Assembly (NCBI GenBank): GCA_965279525.1
Contig: CBDIIB010000004.1
Span: forward strand, 288,001-352,000
Source of the DNA: Tagaea sp.
GTDB lineage: Bacteria > Pseudomonadota > Alphaproteobacteria > CACIAM-22H2
Direction: 5' to 3'
DNA length: 64,000 nt
Shown: piece after piece, positions 18,382-28,162 of the stretch
Numbering within the stretch: position 1 is the first letter of the stretch
How the letters are laid out: each line of letters opens with the position of its first letter
Notes under the pieces: model-generated
Databases searched by the model: none
What the model was told of the DNA's origin: nothing
Seen by the model: the letters and a program-made list of their open reading frames with translations, nothing else
Translations under genes and position numbers: made by a program

Positions 18382-20862
18382 ATGACTGCGGCTATCGCTA
18401 CCAAGTTGCCTGAGGCCGAACTCGCTCTGACCGTTCCGATCGAAGGCATGACCTGCGCATCTTGCGTTTCGCACGTCGAGAATGCACTTGCGGCCACGCC
18501 TGGCATCAGATCTGTCTCCGTCAATCTCGCGAGTGAAAAGGCAAGTATGTCACTCGCCGACTCCGGCGCAATCGCGGAAATTCCGGGTGCTGTCGAAAAG
18601 GCCGGCTATGCAATTCCGATGATCGGAGTTGAGTATTCGGTATCCGGAATGACATGCGCATCGTGCGTTAGTCACGTTGAAAAGGCTATCAGGGCAGTAC
18701 CAGGCGTGGCAGATGTCGCAGTCAATCTGGCGACCGAGCGGGCGACGGCGAAACTTTATGCAGGTCTGGTACCGGTCGGCGCCATCGAGCGAGCCGTTGA
18801 AAAGGCTGGCTATGACGCCAAGATCTTGACGGACTCGGTTGGCCAGAAGCAAACGACGGACGCAAAGTCCGAAGAGATCGGTCGCCTGCGGCAGTCGCTT
18901 CTCTTCGCGGCAGCACTGACATTTCCGATCTTTGCAATCGAAATGGGTGGACATGCGATCCCGGAGGTTCACTCGTGGGTCGAGCTTGCTGTCGGGCACA
19001 AGTACCTCAAGTATGTCTTCTTCGTGCTGGCGACACTCGTGATGTTCGGACCCGGCATCCGCTTTCATCGGATAGGTCTGCCGAAACTGCTGCGGGGCGT
19101 GCCGGACATGAACTCGCTGGTCTCTGTTGGGACGCTCAGTGCCTATGGCTACTCTCTAGTCTCGACCTTTGCGGCCAGTATTCTGCCGGCTGGAACAGCT
19201 CATCTCTATTACGAAGCCGCGACTGTCATCGTGACGCTGATCCTGCTGGGTCGCTGGCTGGAGGCGATCAGCCGCGGTCGAACCAGTCAGGCGATCAAGC
19301 GGCTGGTCGGGCTGCAGGCAAAGACCGCACGCGTATTGCGCCAGGGGGCTGTTATCGAGATCCCGCTTGAGCAGGTCAAGCTGGGAGATCGCATTCAGGT
19401 CAAGCCAGGAGACCGAATCCCTGTCGATGGCACGCTCGTTGATGGCGAGTCTTATGTCGACGAGTCGATGATCTCAGGCGAGTCCGTGCCTGTATTTAAG
19501 GCGACGGGTGCCAGCGTGGTTGGCGGAACGATCAACACGACCGGCAGCTTCGTGTTCGAGGCAACGCGGATTGGAGCCGACACACTGCTCGCCCAGATCA
19601 TCAAGATGGTCGAGAGCGCACAGGGTGCAAAGCTTCCGATCCAGGCACTGGTCGACAAGGTGACGGCATGGTTCGTCCCGGCCGTGTTTGCAGCGGCAGG
19701 GCTGACCTTCGCTGTCTGGTGGATATGGGGACCCGATCCCGCGCTGACGTTCGGACTCGTCAACGCGGTTGCCGTCCTGATCATCGCGTGTCCGTGTGCA
19801 ATGGGCCTCGCCACGCCGACCTCAATCATGGTGGGAACGGGCAGGGCAGCGGAGCTCGGCGTGCTGTTCCGCCGCGGCGATGCGCTGCAGGCACTTCGGG
19901 ACGTAAAGACTGTCGCCTTCGACAAGACAGGCACGTTGACCAAAGGGAAGCCAGAGCTGACGGACATGGTCCTGGCGGGAGGCTTCACGCGTTTGGACGT
20001 GCTTGCGCGAATCGCCTCGGTCGAAGTTTTGTCCGAGCATCCAGTTGCCGCAGCGATCGTTGCCGCAGCCAGAGCCGAGGGTCTGGTGCCAAGCGCTGTC
20101 GATGGGTTCAATGCGGTGCCGGGCTTCGGGGTTGGCGGATTCGTTGACGGCAAGCGAATCGATGTCGGTGCAGACCGGCATATGATCAAGCTTGGCGTCG
20201 ATATCGCCGGGTTTGAAAATGCTGTCGTGGTACTTGCCGCGGCAGGCAAGACGCCACTTTATGCTGCAATCGACGGCAAGGCGGCAGCCCTCATTGCAGT
20301 CGCAGACCCTATACGTCCGACAACTGCTGCTGCCATTGCCGCCATGCATCGGCTCGGTCTCAAGATCGCGATGATCACTGGAGACAACAAGGTCACGGCA
20401 CAGGCTGTTGCTCGGCAACTTGGCATCGATACAGTGGTGGCCGAGGTCCTTCCGGCGGGCAAGCTTGAAGAAATTCGGAAACTGCGCGCGTCGGACGGCG
20501 CTATCGCTTTCGTCGGAGATGGCATCAACGATGCTCCGGCGCTCGCCGAGGCCGACATCGGCATCGCGGTCGGGACGGGAACGGATGTGGCGATCGAAAG
20601 TGCGGAAGTCGTTCTCGTCTCGGGCGATCTGACGATTGTCACAACAGCGCTGGCGATCTCGCGCGCAACGATGCGCAACATCGAGCAGAACCTGTTCTGG
20701 GCCTTTGCCTACAACGCAGCACTCGTGCCCGTTGCCGCCGGCGTTCTCTACCCATTCACCGGCACCCTCCTGTCGCCCATGCTGGCAGCGGGTGCGATGG
20801 CGATGTCGAGTGTCTTTGTGCTTTCGAACGCGCTACGCCTGCGCCGATTCACGCCGGCGTAG
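18382..20862 (+). CDS. copA: Cu(I)-exporting P1B-1 ATPase with two HMA domains
   Basis: Two GMTCASC, SGES, CPC, DKTGT, SEHP, GDGIND, YN, MAMSS. Confidence 0.96.
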   Translation: MTAAIATKLPEAELALTVPIEGMTCASCVSHVENALAATPGIRSVSVNLASEKASMSLADSGAIAEIPGAVEKAGYAIPMIGVEYSVSGMTCASCVSHVEKAIRAVPGVADVAVNLATERATAKLYAGLVPVGAIERAVEKAGYDAKILTDSVGQKQTTDAKSEEIGRLRQSLLFAAALTFPIFAIEMGGHAIPEVHSWVELAVGHKYLKYVFFVLATLVMFGPGIRFHRIGLPKLLRGVPDMNSLVSVGTLSAYGYSLVSTFAASILPAGTAHLYYEAATVIVTLILLGRWLEAISRGRTSQAIKRLVGLQAKTARVLRQGAVIEIPLEQVKLGDRIQVKPGDRIPVDGTLVDGESYVDESMISGESVPVFKATGASVVGGTINTTGSFVFEATRIGADTLLAQIIKMVESAQGAKLPIQALVDKVTAWFVPAVFAAAGLTFAVWWIWGPDPALTFGLVNAVAVLIIACPCAMGLATPTSIMVGTGRAAELGVLFRRGDALQALRDVKTVAFDKTGTLTKGKPELTDMVLAGGFTRLDVLARIASVEVLSEHPVAAAIVAAARAEGLVPSAVDGFNAVPGFGVGGFVDGKRIDVGADRHMIKLGVDIAGFENAVVVLAAAGKTPLYAAIDGKAAALIAVADPIRPTTAAAIAAMHRLGLKIAMITGDNKVTAQAVARQLGIDTVVAEVLPAGKLEEIRKLRASDGAIAFVGDGINDAPALAEADIGIAVGTGTDVAIESAEVVLVSGDLTIVTTALAISRATMRNIEQNLFWAFAYNAALVPVAAGVLYPFTGTLLSPMLAAGAMAMSSVFVLSNALRLRRFTPA

Positions 20863-20884
20863 CGAAGATTGAAGGGAGGCGATC

Positions 20885-21424
20885 ATGAATATCGGCGAAA
20901 TCGCGGTGGCCGCTGGCGTATCGGCGAAGATGATTCGCTACTACGAGTCGATCGACCTGATCAAGGCACCTGTCCGAACCGAAGGTGGCTATCGGGTATA
21001 TATGCCGGACGATGTTCATACGCTCCGTTTCATCGGGCGGGCACGTGACCTTGGCTTTTCGATTGAGGAAATATCGAGCTTGCTCGCTCTTTGGCACGAT
21101 CGCAGTAGGGCGAGTTCCGACGTCAAACGGATTGCCGTTGAGAAGTTGGCGACGCTGGAGGCGAAGATCCTGGAGCTTAACGCGATGGCAGCAACGCTCA
21201 GGCATCTTGCAGAAAACTGTCACGGCGACCATCGGCCCGATTGCCCCATCCTGAGTGATCTCGCGGAGCCAAAGGTTGCTTCGACGCCCGGGGGCCGTGC
21301 CGGCAATCTTGCAAACCTCAAAGGGTTCGGGGGACGCCGGACCGCAAAAGCCGATTGCGGTCATGAGGCCTGCCGGGACACCGCGCCCAAAAAGCGGGCA
21401 TCCGTATCCGGAAAATTTCGTTGA
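20885..21424 (+). CDS. cueR: Cu(I)/Ag(I)/Au(I)-responsive MerR regulator with C-terminal extension
   Basis: MNIGE..GVSAKMIRYYE, SRASSDVK, metal loop CHGDHRPDCPIL; GGAGG RBS. Confidence 0.92.
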   Translation: MNIGEIAVAAGVSAKMIRYYESIDLIKAPVRTEGGYRVYMPDDVHTLRFIGRARDLGFSIEEISSLLALWHDRSRASSDVKRIAVEKLATLEAKILELNAMAATLRHLAENCHGDHRPDCPILSDLAEPKVASTPGGRAGNLANLKGFGGRRTAKADCGHEACRDTAPKKRASVSGKFR

Positions 21425-21451
21425 CCTTCCAACGTTGGCAACTTGCATCGT
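21421..21451 (+). promoter_or_regulatory. CueR/GolS-type promoter for copZ and downstream genes
   Basis: -35 TTGACC, ACCTTCC-AACGTTG-GCAACTT operator, 19-bp spacer, -10 CATCGT. Confidence 0.85.
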
Positions 21452-21507
21452 GATTGCCTTGCTCGAACCTGCGTGAGCGAGGTCTGAACCTCCCAAGGAG
21501 AAGTCGT

Positions 21508-21708
21508 ATGGCTACGGTACTGAAAGTCGAAAAGATGCACTGCCAGAGCTGCGCCAAGCGCGTGACCAACGCCATCATGGGCGTGGCGCCCCATTCGAAG
21601 ATCGACATCGACATCGAGGGCCGGCGCGTCACGATCGACGGCGTCGGCAATCTCGCGGAGGTCACCAAGGCTCTCGAGGACGCAGGCTACCCGGCCCAGA
21701 ACGCCTGA
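21508..21708 (+). CDS. copZ: HMA copper chaperone (CopZ/GolB-like)
   Basis: AAGGAG RBS; KMHCQSC, ALEDAGYP; 66 aa. Confidence 0.9.
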   Translation: MATVLKVEKMHCQSCAKRVTNAIMGVAPHSKIDIDIEGRRVTIDGVGNLAEVTKALEDAGYPAQNA

Positions 21709-21713
21709 GCGCG

Positions 21714-21739
21714 AGCGGACGGAACAGGGACCGTCCGCT
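21714..21739 (+). other. Hairpin between copZ and aapJ without U-tract
   Basis: AGCGGACGG-aacaggga-CCGTCCGCT, 9-bp perfect stem followed by GGGCCTTACC. Confidence 0.6.
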
Positions 21740-21780
21740 GGGCCTTACCGTCAAACAAACTCATTCAAGAGAGGGTAAGC

Positions 21781-22815
21781 ATGTCCGGAAGCCTCAAGAT
21801 TCTGACTATCTCCGCCGCCTTCGCATTGGCGTCGCCGGTCGCGGCTCTCGCCGCGCAGGGCGACACCGTGAACGCGATAAAAGCGCGCGGCGAACTTAAC
21901 TGCGGTGTATCAACCGGTGTTTCGACGGGCATGTCGACGCTGGACAACGCCGGAAACTGGCGGGGAATGGAAGTCGAGTTCTGCCGCGGAGTCGCCGCAG
22001 CAATTCTCGGCGATCCGGCAAAGGTGAAATTCGTACCTCTCGAGTTCCGTGCGGCCTTCACCACGCTTCAGTCGGGTGCGGCCGATCTTCTGGCTCGAAC
22101 GGCAACTTGGAGCTACTCGCGGGACTCCTCGCTCAATCTCGACTGGGCGGGCGTCTACATGTACGACGGCCAGGGGTTCATGGTCGCCAAGAAGCTTGGG
22201 GCCAAGAGCGGAAAAGACCTCAACGGCGCGTCGGTTTGCGTGTCCGCCGGCACGACGTCGGAGCTCAACCTTGCGGATTATTACCGGGCGAACCGAATGA
22301 CCTACACGGCCATTACGGGTGCGACACGCGAACAGAACCAGCAGAATCTCGAATCGGGACGCTGCGACGTCTATTCGAACGAGCGTGGCGGGCTTGCCGC
22401 AAGCCGGACAGCGATGAAGAACCCCGACGACTGGGAGATACTCCCTGACGTCTTCTCGAAGGAACCGCTGGGACCGACAGTCCGGCAGGACGATCCCCGC
22501 TTCAAGGACATCGTTTCCTGGGTGCTCAACGTGATCATTACGGCCGAAGAGTTCGGCATCACGCAGGCCAATGTCGTCGAGATGAGCCAGAATTCCACCA
22601 ATCCTGAAGTTCAGCGTTTGCTTGGCAAGACGGGCGAGTTTGGCAAGATGCTTGATCTGCCGCAGGATTGGGCGGTCAAGGTGATCCGGACAACCGGCAA
22701 CTATGGCGAGCTCTACGAGCGTAACCTTGGTAGTGGCAGTCCGATCAAACTGGCACGCGGATTGAACAGCCTTTGGAGCAATGGCGGCCTTCTCTACAGC
22801 CCGCCTTTCCGCTGA
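21781..22815 (+). CDS. aapJ: General L-amino-acid ABC transporter substrate-binding protein (AapJ/BztA)
   Basis: IKARGELNCGV, YDGQGFMV, GTTSELNLADY, SKEPLGP, RGLNSLWSNGGLLYSPPFR. Confidence 0.92.
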   Translation: MSGSLKILTISAAFALASPVAALAAQGDTVNAIKARGELNCGVSTGVSTGMSTLDNAGNWRGMEVEFCRGVAAAILGDPAKVKFVPLEFRAAFTTLQSGAADLLARTATWSYSRDSSLNLDWAGVYMYDGQGFMVAKKLGAKSGKDLNGASVCVSAGTTSELNLADYYRANRMTYTAITGATREQNQQNLESGRCDVYSNERGGLAASRTAMKNPDDWEILPDVFSKEPLGPTVRQDDPRFKDIVSWVLNVIITAEEFGITQANVVEMSQNSTNPEVQRLLGKTGEFGKMLDLPQDWAVKVIRTTGNYGELYERNLGSGSPIKLARGLNSLWSNGGLLYSPPFR

Positions 22816-22876
22816 TCGCCGGTGCGGCCATGCGGGATAGCGATGTCCCGCATGGCGTTCCCGGTAATTGATCACG

Positions 22877-24085
22877 ATGCATGACGCTCGAACCCAGGGA
22901 CTTGTGGATCTGACCGCAGACACGGCATCAATGGCCCGCGCGCCGACGACCCGCCAGTTTCGGCGTTTCGCCTATCAAGCCATGTTCGTTCTCGTCGCCG
23001 GCGTTCTCGGCTGGGTCGCTTGGGAGAATGTCCAGGCCAATATGGCAGTAAGGAACCTCAGCCTCGGCTTTGGATTTCTCAGTCAGGAAGCCGGCTTCGG
23101 CGTCCCATTCAGTATTCTCCCCTACAACGAGACCGACAGCTACGGCTGGGTCTTTGTTGTCGGCGTTGCAAACACGATGCTTGTCGCCCTTCTCGGAATC
23201 GTCGCGGCGACGGTTCTCGGGTTTACGATCGGTATCGCGCGGCTTTCCCCGAACTGGGCGGTCACGAATGCCGCCCTCGTCTATATCGAAGCAGTCCGGA
23301 ACCTCCCGCTGCTGCTGCATGTCCTGATCTGGTACAATGTGGTCATCCGCGGTCTTCCGCCGGCCCGGCAGGCGATTTCGGTCGGCGATGTCGCATTCCT
23401 GAGTAACCGCGGCATTTTCCTGCCCTGGCTGACGACCGGTCTCGGGGCATGGACACTCTGCGGAATCGGGATTGTTGCCATCATCGGCCTTGGCTTCATT
23501 TTGAGCCGTAGTCGACGCCGTCGGGAGGCGACCGGAGAGGCGCTTCCGACTGTCCGCCTCGCCGCACTCTGGATCGTTGCGGTTGTCGCCGGCGTCTTTC
23601 TCACCACGCATGCGACGATCCATTTCGAGGTGCCGGCACTGCGGGGCTTCAACTTCGCCGGAGGTATTGCCCTGTCGCCGGAGCTTGCCGCTCTGGTGAT
23701 CGCGCTTGCGATCTATAACGCATCATTCATAGCGGAGCTGGTACGCGGCGCCATCGAAGCGGTCGATCGGGGTCAACGCGAGGCTGCGCTGTCGCTCGGA
23801 CTCGATCGGATGAAGACACTTCGCCTCGTCGTCATCCCACAGGCTGTCCGGCTGCTCGTCCCGCCATTGACCAACCAGTATCTTCATCTGCTCAAGGCAT
23901 CGTCGCTTGCGACGGTCATCGGATATCCAGATATCGTGAACATCTTCGTCGGTACGACCTTAAACCAGACCGGGCGTGCGATCGAGATCATGGGGCTGAC
24001 GATGGCTGTATTCCTCGTTCTCAGCCTTGGCATCACGGGACTCAGCAACCTCTTTAACCGCCATATGCGGATCGTCGGGCGATGA
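22877..24085 (+). CDS. aapQ: Amino-acid ABC permease (AapQ/BztB)
   Basis: GFGFLSQEAGF, IARLSPNW, SPELAAL, GQREAA, GTTLNQTGRA; start uncertain. Confidence 0.9.
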   Translation: MHDARTQGLVDLTADTASMARAPTTRQFRRFAYQAMFVLVAGVLGWVAWENVQANMAVRNLSLGFGFLSQEAGFGVPFSILPYNETDSYGWVFVVGVANTMLVALLGIVAATVLGFTIGIARLSPNWAVTNAALVYIEAVRNLPLLLHVLIWYNVVIRGLPPARQAISVGDVAFLSNRGIFLPWLTTGLGAWTLCGIGIVAIIGLGFILSRSRRRREATGEALPTVRLAALWIVAVVAGVFLTTHATIHFEVPALRGFNFAGGIALSPELAALVIALAIYNASFIAELVRGAIEAVDRGQREAALSLGLDRMKTLRLVVIPQAVRLLVPPLTNQYLHLLKASSLATVIGYPDIVNIFVGTTLNQTGRAIEIMGLTMAVFLVLSLGITGLSNLFNRHMRIVGR

Positions 24086-25128
24086 CAAACGCCGTCGCCT
24101 GGGCCCGACGAAACCTCTTCGCGCGACCTGTCGATGTCGTGCTGACGGCCGTCGTTGCGGCAGCGATTCTCGGAATCGCATACGCGATACTCGATTGGGC
24201 CGTCTTATCGGCAACTTGGTCGGGGAACAGCCGCGCCGACTGCAGTCCGGAAGGGGCCTGTTGGGCCTTCGTCGTGGCCCGTGCTGGACAGTTCACCTAC
24301 GGATTCTACCCGCCGGATGAGCGATGGCGGGTCGATGTCGCCTTCTTGCTATTGGCGGTCGGCATCGCCGTGCTTGTCGTACCCCGTCTGCCGGGCAAGC
24401 GGTTGGCCGGCATTCTCCTGCTCACGGCATTTCCAGTACTTGCGGTCCTCTTGCTGAAGGGCGGAGCTTTCGGCCTGTCGAACGTGCCGACGGATCGGTG
24501 GGGCGGACTGTTCCTCACCTTGGTGCTCGGTGTTGCCGGTATCGTGCTTTCCTTTCCTATGGCGATCTTTCTGGCGCTTGGCCGGCATTCGGATCTGCTG
24601 GCGATCCGGATCGCCTGTACCTTCTACATCGAGATTTGCCGCGGCTTGCCTCTGATTGCTGTCCTTTTCATGGCGCGGATCCTGCTGCCCTATGCACTGC
24701 CGGTGGGCTCGGAACTGGATCCGCTTGGTCTGGCAGTAACCGGAATCGTCATGTTCGAAGCGGCGTATCTCGCCGAAGTGTTCCGTGGCGGCTTGCAGTC
24801 GCTGCCGAGGGGTCAGTATGAAGCCGCCGCGGCTATCGGGTTCGGCTACTGGCGGACGACGCTCTACGTCATCTTGCCGCAAGTCATGCGCAACGTAGTT
24901 CCTGGGTTGGTCAACAACTCGATCGCGCTTCTCAAGAATACGACGCTCGTCGTCGCTCTCGGACTGTTCGAAATCCTGAACATTGTCGCGGCCGGGGCGT
25001 CGGATCCCCAATGGCTTGGCTTGGCGGCCGAAGGCTATTTCGTGGCCGGCCTCGTATTCTGGAGCCTTTGTTTCGCGATGTCGCGCTACAGCCGCGGCGT
25101 CGAGCGAAGCCTATTGCGGGGACGGTAG
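24082..25128 (+). CDS. aapM: Amino-acid ABC permease (AapM/BztC)
   Basis: [45 protein letters not shown]. Confidence 0.9.
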   Translation: MTNAVAWARRNLFARPVDVVLTAVVAAAILGIAYAILDWAVLSATWSGNSRADCSPEGACWAFVVARAGQFTYGFYPPDERWRVDVAFLLLAVGIAVLVVPRLPGKRLAGILLLTAFPVLAVLLLKGGAFGLSNVPTDRWGGLFLTLVLGVAGIVLSFPMAIFLALGRHSDLLAIRIACTFYIEICRGLPLIAVLFMARILLPYALPVGSELDPLGLAVTGIVMFEAAYLAEVFRGGLQSLPRGQYEAAAAIGFGYWRTTLYVILPQVMRNVVPGLVNNSIALLKNTTLVVALGLFEILNIVAAGASDPQWLGLAAEGYFVAGLVFWSLCFAMSRYSRGVERSLLRGR

Positions 25129-25129
25129 A

Positions 25130-25879
25130 ATGCAGGAGCCCGCCTCCGAGCCGATGATCGACATCCGCCGCCTCAACAAATGGTATGGGGCGTTACACGT
25201 CTTGCGGGACATCGATCTGAAAATCTCTGCGGGCGAACGGGTCGTCGTTTGCGGACCGTCCGGATCGGGGAAGTCGACACTCGTGCGCTGCATCAACGCG
25301 CTCGAGCGCTATCAGGGTGGACGAATCCTGATCGCCGGTCGCGAAACAAACCCCGATTGCGATAGCGTGCTGTCGCTCCGGCGGGATGTCGGCATGGTGT
25401 TCCAGTCGTTCAATCTGTTCCCGCACCTCACGGTGCTGCGGAATCTCACGCTCGGCCCAGAGAAACTTCTGGGGTTGGGTCGGGTCGAAGCGGAAGCTGC
25501 CGCCATGGCATTGCTCGAGAAAGTCAAGTTGACCGACCAATGCAGGAAGTATCCAGCCGAACTCTCCGGTGGACAGCAGCAGCGTGTGGCAATTGCCCGC
25601 GCGCTTGCGATGCGGCCCGGCGTGATGCTGTTCGACGAGCCGACATCCGCACTCGACCCGGAAATGGTCAAGGAAGTTCTCGACGTCATGATTGATCTTG
25701 CCGGAAGCGGGCTGACGATGGTGTGCGTGACCCATGAGATGGGTTTCGCAAAGGCTGTTGCCGACCGAGTGGTGTTCATGGCGGAAGGAACCATTCAGGA
25801 AGTCACGACGCCGGAGCGGTTCTTCTGCGGCGATTGCTGTGAGCGCGCCCGCCGATTCGTCGAACAGGTGCTCCACTGA
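25130..25879 (+). CDS. aapP: Amino-acid ABC ATPase (AapP/BztD)
   Basis: [45 protein letters not shown]. Confidence 0.93.
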   Translation: MQEPASEPMIDIRRLNKWYGALHVLRDIDLKISAGERVVVCGPSGSGKSTLVRCINALERYQGGRILIAGRETNPDCDSVLSLRRDVGMVFQSFNLFPHLTVLRNLTLGPEKLLGLGRVEAEAAAMALLEKVKLTDQCRKYPAELSGGQQQRVAIARALAMRPGVMLFDEPTSALDPEMVKEVLDVMIDLAGSGLTMVCVTHEMGFAKAVADRVVFMAEGTIQEVTTPERFFCGDCCERARRFVEQVLH

Positions 25880-27066
25880 TGGAGAAGAAGCGTTCCGAAC
25901 GCGACGGCATCGACACGATCGCGACCCATGCCGGACGGGATCCGCCCGCTCAGGCCGGGGCCGTCAACCCGCCGATCTTTCATGCATCGACGATACTCTA
26001 CGAGACGATGGATGCGTACGATCGCCGTCGCGACCTGTTTTTCGATGGAGTGGGATATGGCCTCTACAATACTCCGTCGACTATAGCGCTGGCGCGCGCA
26101 GTTGCAGCGCTCGAGAATGCCGAGCACTGCGTCATCGTAAGCTCCGGGACCGCAGCCATCGCGACGGCGCTTTCGGCGTTCGTAGGGCACGGGGCTCATG
26201 TGTTGATCCCGGATAATGTCTACGGCGCGACGCGCACGTTCTGCGACGAAGTTCTCGGGCGCTTCGGCGTCTCCACGACCAGCTATGACCCCGAGATCGG
26301 TGCCGGAATATCAGATCTGATTCGGGAAGAAACAACGATTGTCTTTCTCGAATCGCCCGGATCGCTGACATTCGAGGTACAGGATGTGCCAGCCATCGCC
26401 CGTGCCGCCCGCGCCAAGGGTGCCGTCAGCGTGCTCGACGGAACTTGGGCATCGCCGGTTTTCATGCAAGCTCTGGATCTCGGCGTCGACATCGCGCTGC
26501 AATCGGGGACCAAGTATCTATCGGGACATTCAGATGTGATGTTTGGAACACTTTCGACACGGAACGAGGGAGTGTTCCGGCGTCTCAAGGAGACGGCTGG
26601 GCGCTTCGGAAATCGACTGGGCGGCGAGGACTGTTATCTCGCCCTACGAGGCCTGCGCACCCTGCCTGTCCGGATGAAGGCCCATCAAGCCGCCGGCCTT
26701 GAACTCGCGCGTCGGGTGGCGGGGCACCCGGCGGTTCGCCGTGTCTTGCATCCCGGTCTCGAGGGTGCTGCCGGCCACCAGTTTTGGAAGCGCGACTTCT
26801 CGGGAGCATCAGGGCTGTTCGGCGCTGTTTTGCAAACGAAGGATCGTGCCCGCGTCGCGATCGCCCTCGAGTCGAGCCGACTGTTCAAGATGGGTTCGAG
26901 CTGGGGCGGCTTTGAAAGCCTGATCGTTCCAGCTTATCCTGCCATGCAGCGCAAGACGACGCGCTGGGATACCGAGGGGTTTGTCGTACGGATTCACGCA
27001 GGCCTCGAGACGATCGAGGACCTATGGTCAGATCTGGATGATGTTCTGGGCAGGACCATGGGATAG
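25879..27066 (+). CDS. metC: Cystathionine beta-lyase (PLP-dependent C-S lyase)
   Basis: VNPPIFHASTIL, FLESPGSLTFEVQD, SGTKYLSGHSD (PLP Lys), LRGLRTL, SWGGFESL; translationally coupled to aapP. Confidence 0.92.
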   Translation: MEKKRSERDGIDTIATHAGRDPPAQAGAVNPPIFHASTILYETMDAYDRRRDLFFDGVGYGLYNTPSTIALARAVAALENAEHCVIVSSGTAAIATALSAFVGHGAHVLIPDNVYGATRTFCDEVLGRFGVSTTSYDPEIGAGISDLIREETTIVFLESPGSLTFEVQDVPAIARAARAKGAVSVLDGTWASPVFMQALDLGVDIALQSGTKYLSGHSDVMFGTLSTRNEGVFRRLKETAGRFGNRLGGEDCYLALRGLRTLPVRMKAHQAAGLELARRVAGHPAVRRVLHPGLEGAAGHQFWKRDFSGASGLFGAVLQTKDRARVAIALESSRLFKMGSSWGGFESLIVPAYPAMQRKTTRWDTEGFVVRIHAGLETIEDLWSDLDDVLGRTMG

Positions 27067-27103
27067 ACGGCTCGCTCACGAGCAGGAGTTAGAACAAATT
27101 GCC

Positions 27104-28162
27104 ATGACGTCCGACTCTTCAAGCGAGACAGATTTCGTCTCCGGACTGCCGCTCGCACTGACGATGGGCGAGCCCGGCGGCGTCGGGCCGGAACTGGCGC
27201 TCGATGCTTGGCTACGCTTGAAAGAGTCCGGCCCAACATTCGTCCTTTTCGCAGATCCGGATCTGACGGCGACGGTCGCCCGATATCTCGGGCGTGACGT
27301 CCCGGTTGCCGTAGTCGGAAGCGCGGCGGAAGCCGCAAGTCAATTTCGGAGGGTATTGCCGGTCATCCCGGTCAAGCTGGCCAAGCCCGTTGAACCCGGA
27401 AGGCCGGATCCAGCCAATGCATCTGCGGTCATCCAATCAATCGAACTTGCGGTCGTCGCGGCAAGGCGCGGCGAGGTCGGGGCTGTCGTTACGAATCCGA
27501 TTCAGAAGGCCGCCCTTTACGCGGCTGGCTTCCGGTACCCCGGACATACAGAATTCCTTGGCGAGATCGCCGGTACCGGGATTGTTCCGGTGATGATGCT
27601 TGCGGGTCCGGATCTTCGGGTCGTGCCAGTGACGATCCATGTATCGCTTCGCGATGCGCTTGCCGCTTTGAATACGGATGCCATTGTCGAAACGGCGCAG
27701 ACCGTCGCCAGTGCGCTAAGGCGGGACTTCGGGATCGATGCTCCCCGGATCGCGGTCGCCGGCGTGAACCCGCATGCCGGCGAAGGCGGTGCCATGGGCG
27801 ACGACGACATCCGGATTGTCGCTCCGGCTGTTGAGCGGCTCCGGAAAGCAGGCGTTTCGGTCGCTGGGCCGATGTCGCCGGACACGATGTTCACGGCACG
27901 CGCACGGCAGACATATGACGTTGCGATCTGCATGTACCACGATCAGGCGCTAATCCCGATCAAGACGCTCGATGTCGACGGCGGCGTCAACGTCACGCTC
28001 GGCCTTTCCATCGTGCGAACCTCGCCGGATCATGGAACGGCACTGGATATCGCCGGCAAGGGTCTTGCCGATGTCGGCAGCCTTGTCGCGGCAATCCGGA
28101 TGGCGGATATGATCATGCGCAATAGATCGAAGGAACGGCAAGTTACCCAGGTTCGGCGTTAA
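27104..28162 (+). CDS. pdxA: 4-hydroxythreonine-4-phosphate dehydrogenase
   Basis: LTMGEPGGVGPE, PGHTEFL, VTIHVSL, NPHAGE, MYHDQALIPIK, RTSPDHGTA. Confidence 0.96.
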   Translation: MTSDSSSETDFVSGLPLALTMGEPGGVGPELALDAWLRLKESGPTFVLFADPDLTATVARYLGRDVPVAVVGSAAEAASQFRRVLPVIPVKLAKPVEPGRPDPANASAVIQSIELAVVAARRGEVGAVVTNPIQKAALYAAGFRYPGHTEFLGEIAGTGIVPVMMLAGPDLRVVPVTIHVSLRDALAALNTDAIVETAQTVASALRRDFGIDAPRIAVAGVNPHAGEGGAMGDDDIRIVAPAVERLRKAGVSVAGPMSPDTMFTARARQTYDVAICMYHDQALIPIKTLDVDGGVNVTLGLSIVRTSPDHGTALDIAGKGLADVGSLVAAIRMADMIMRNRSKERQVTQVRR

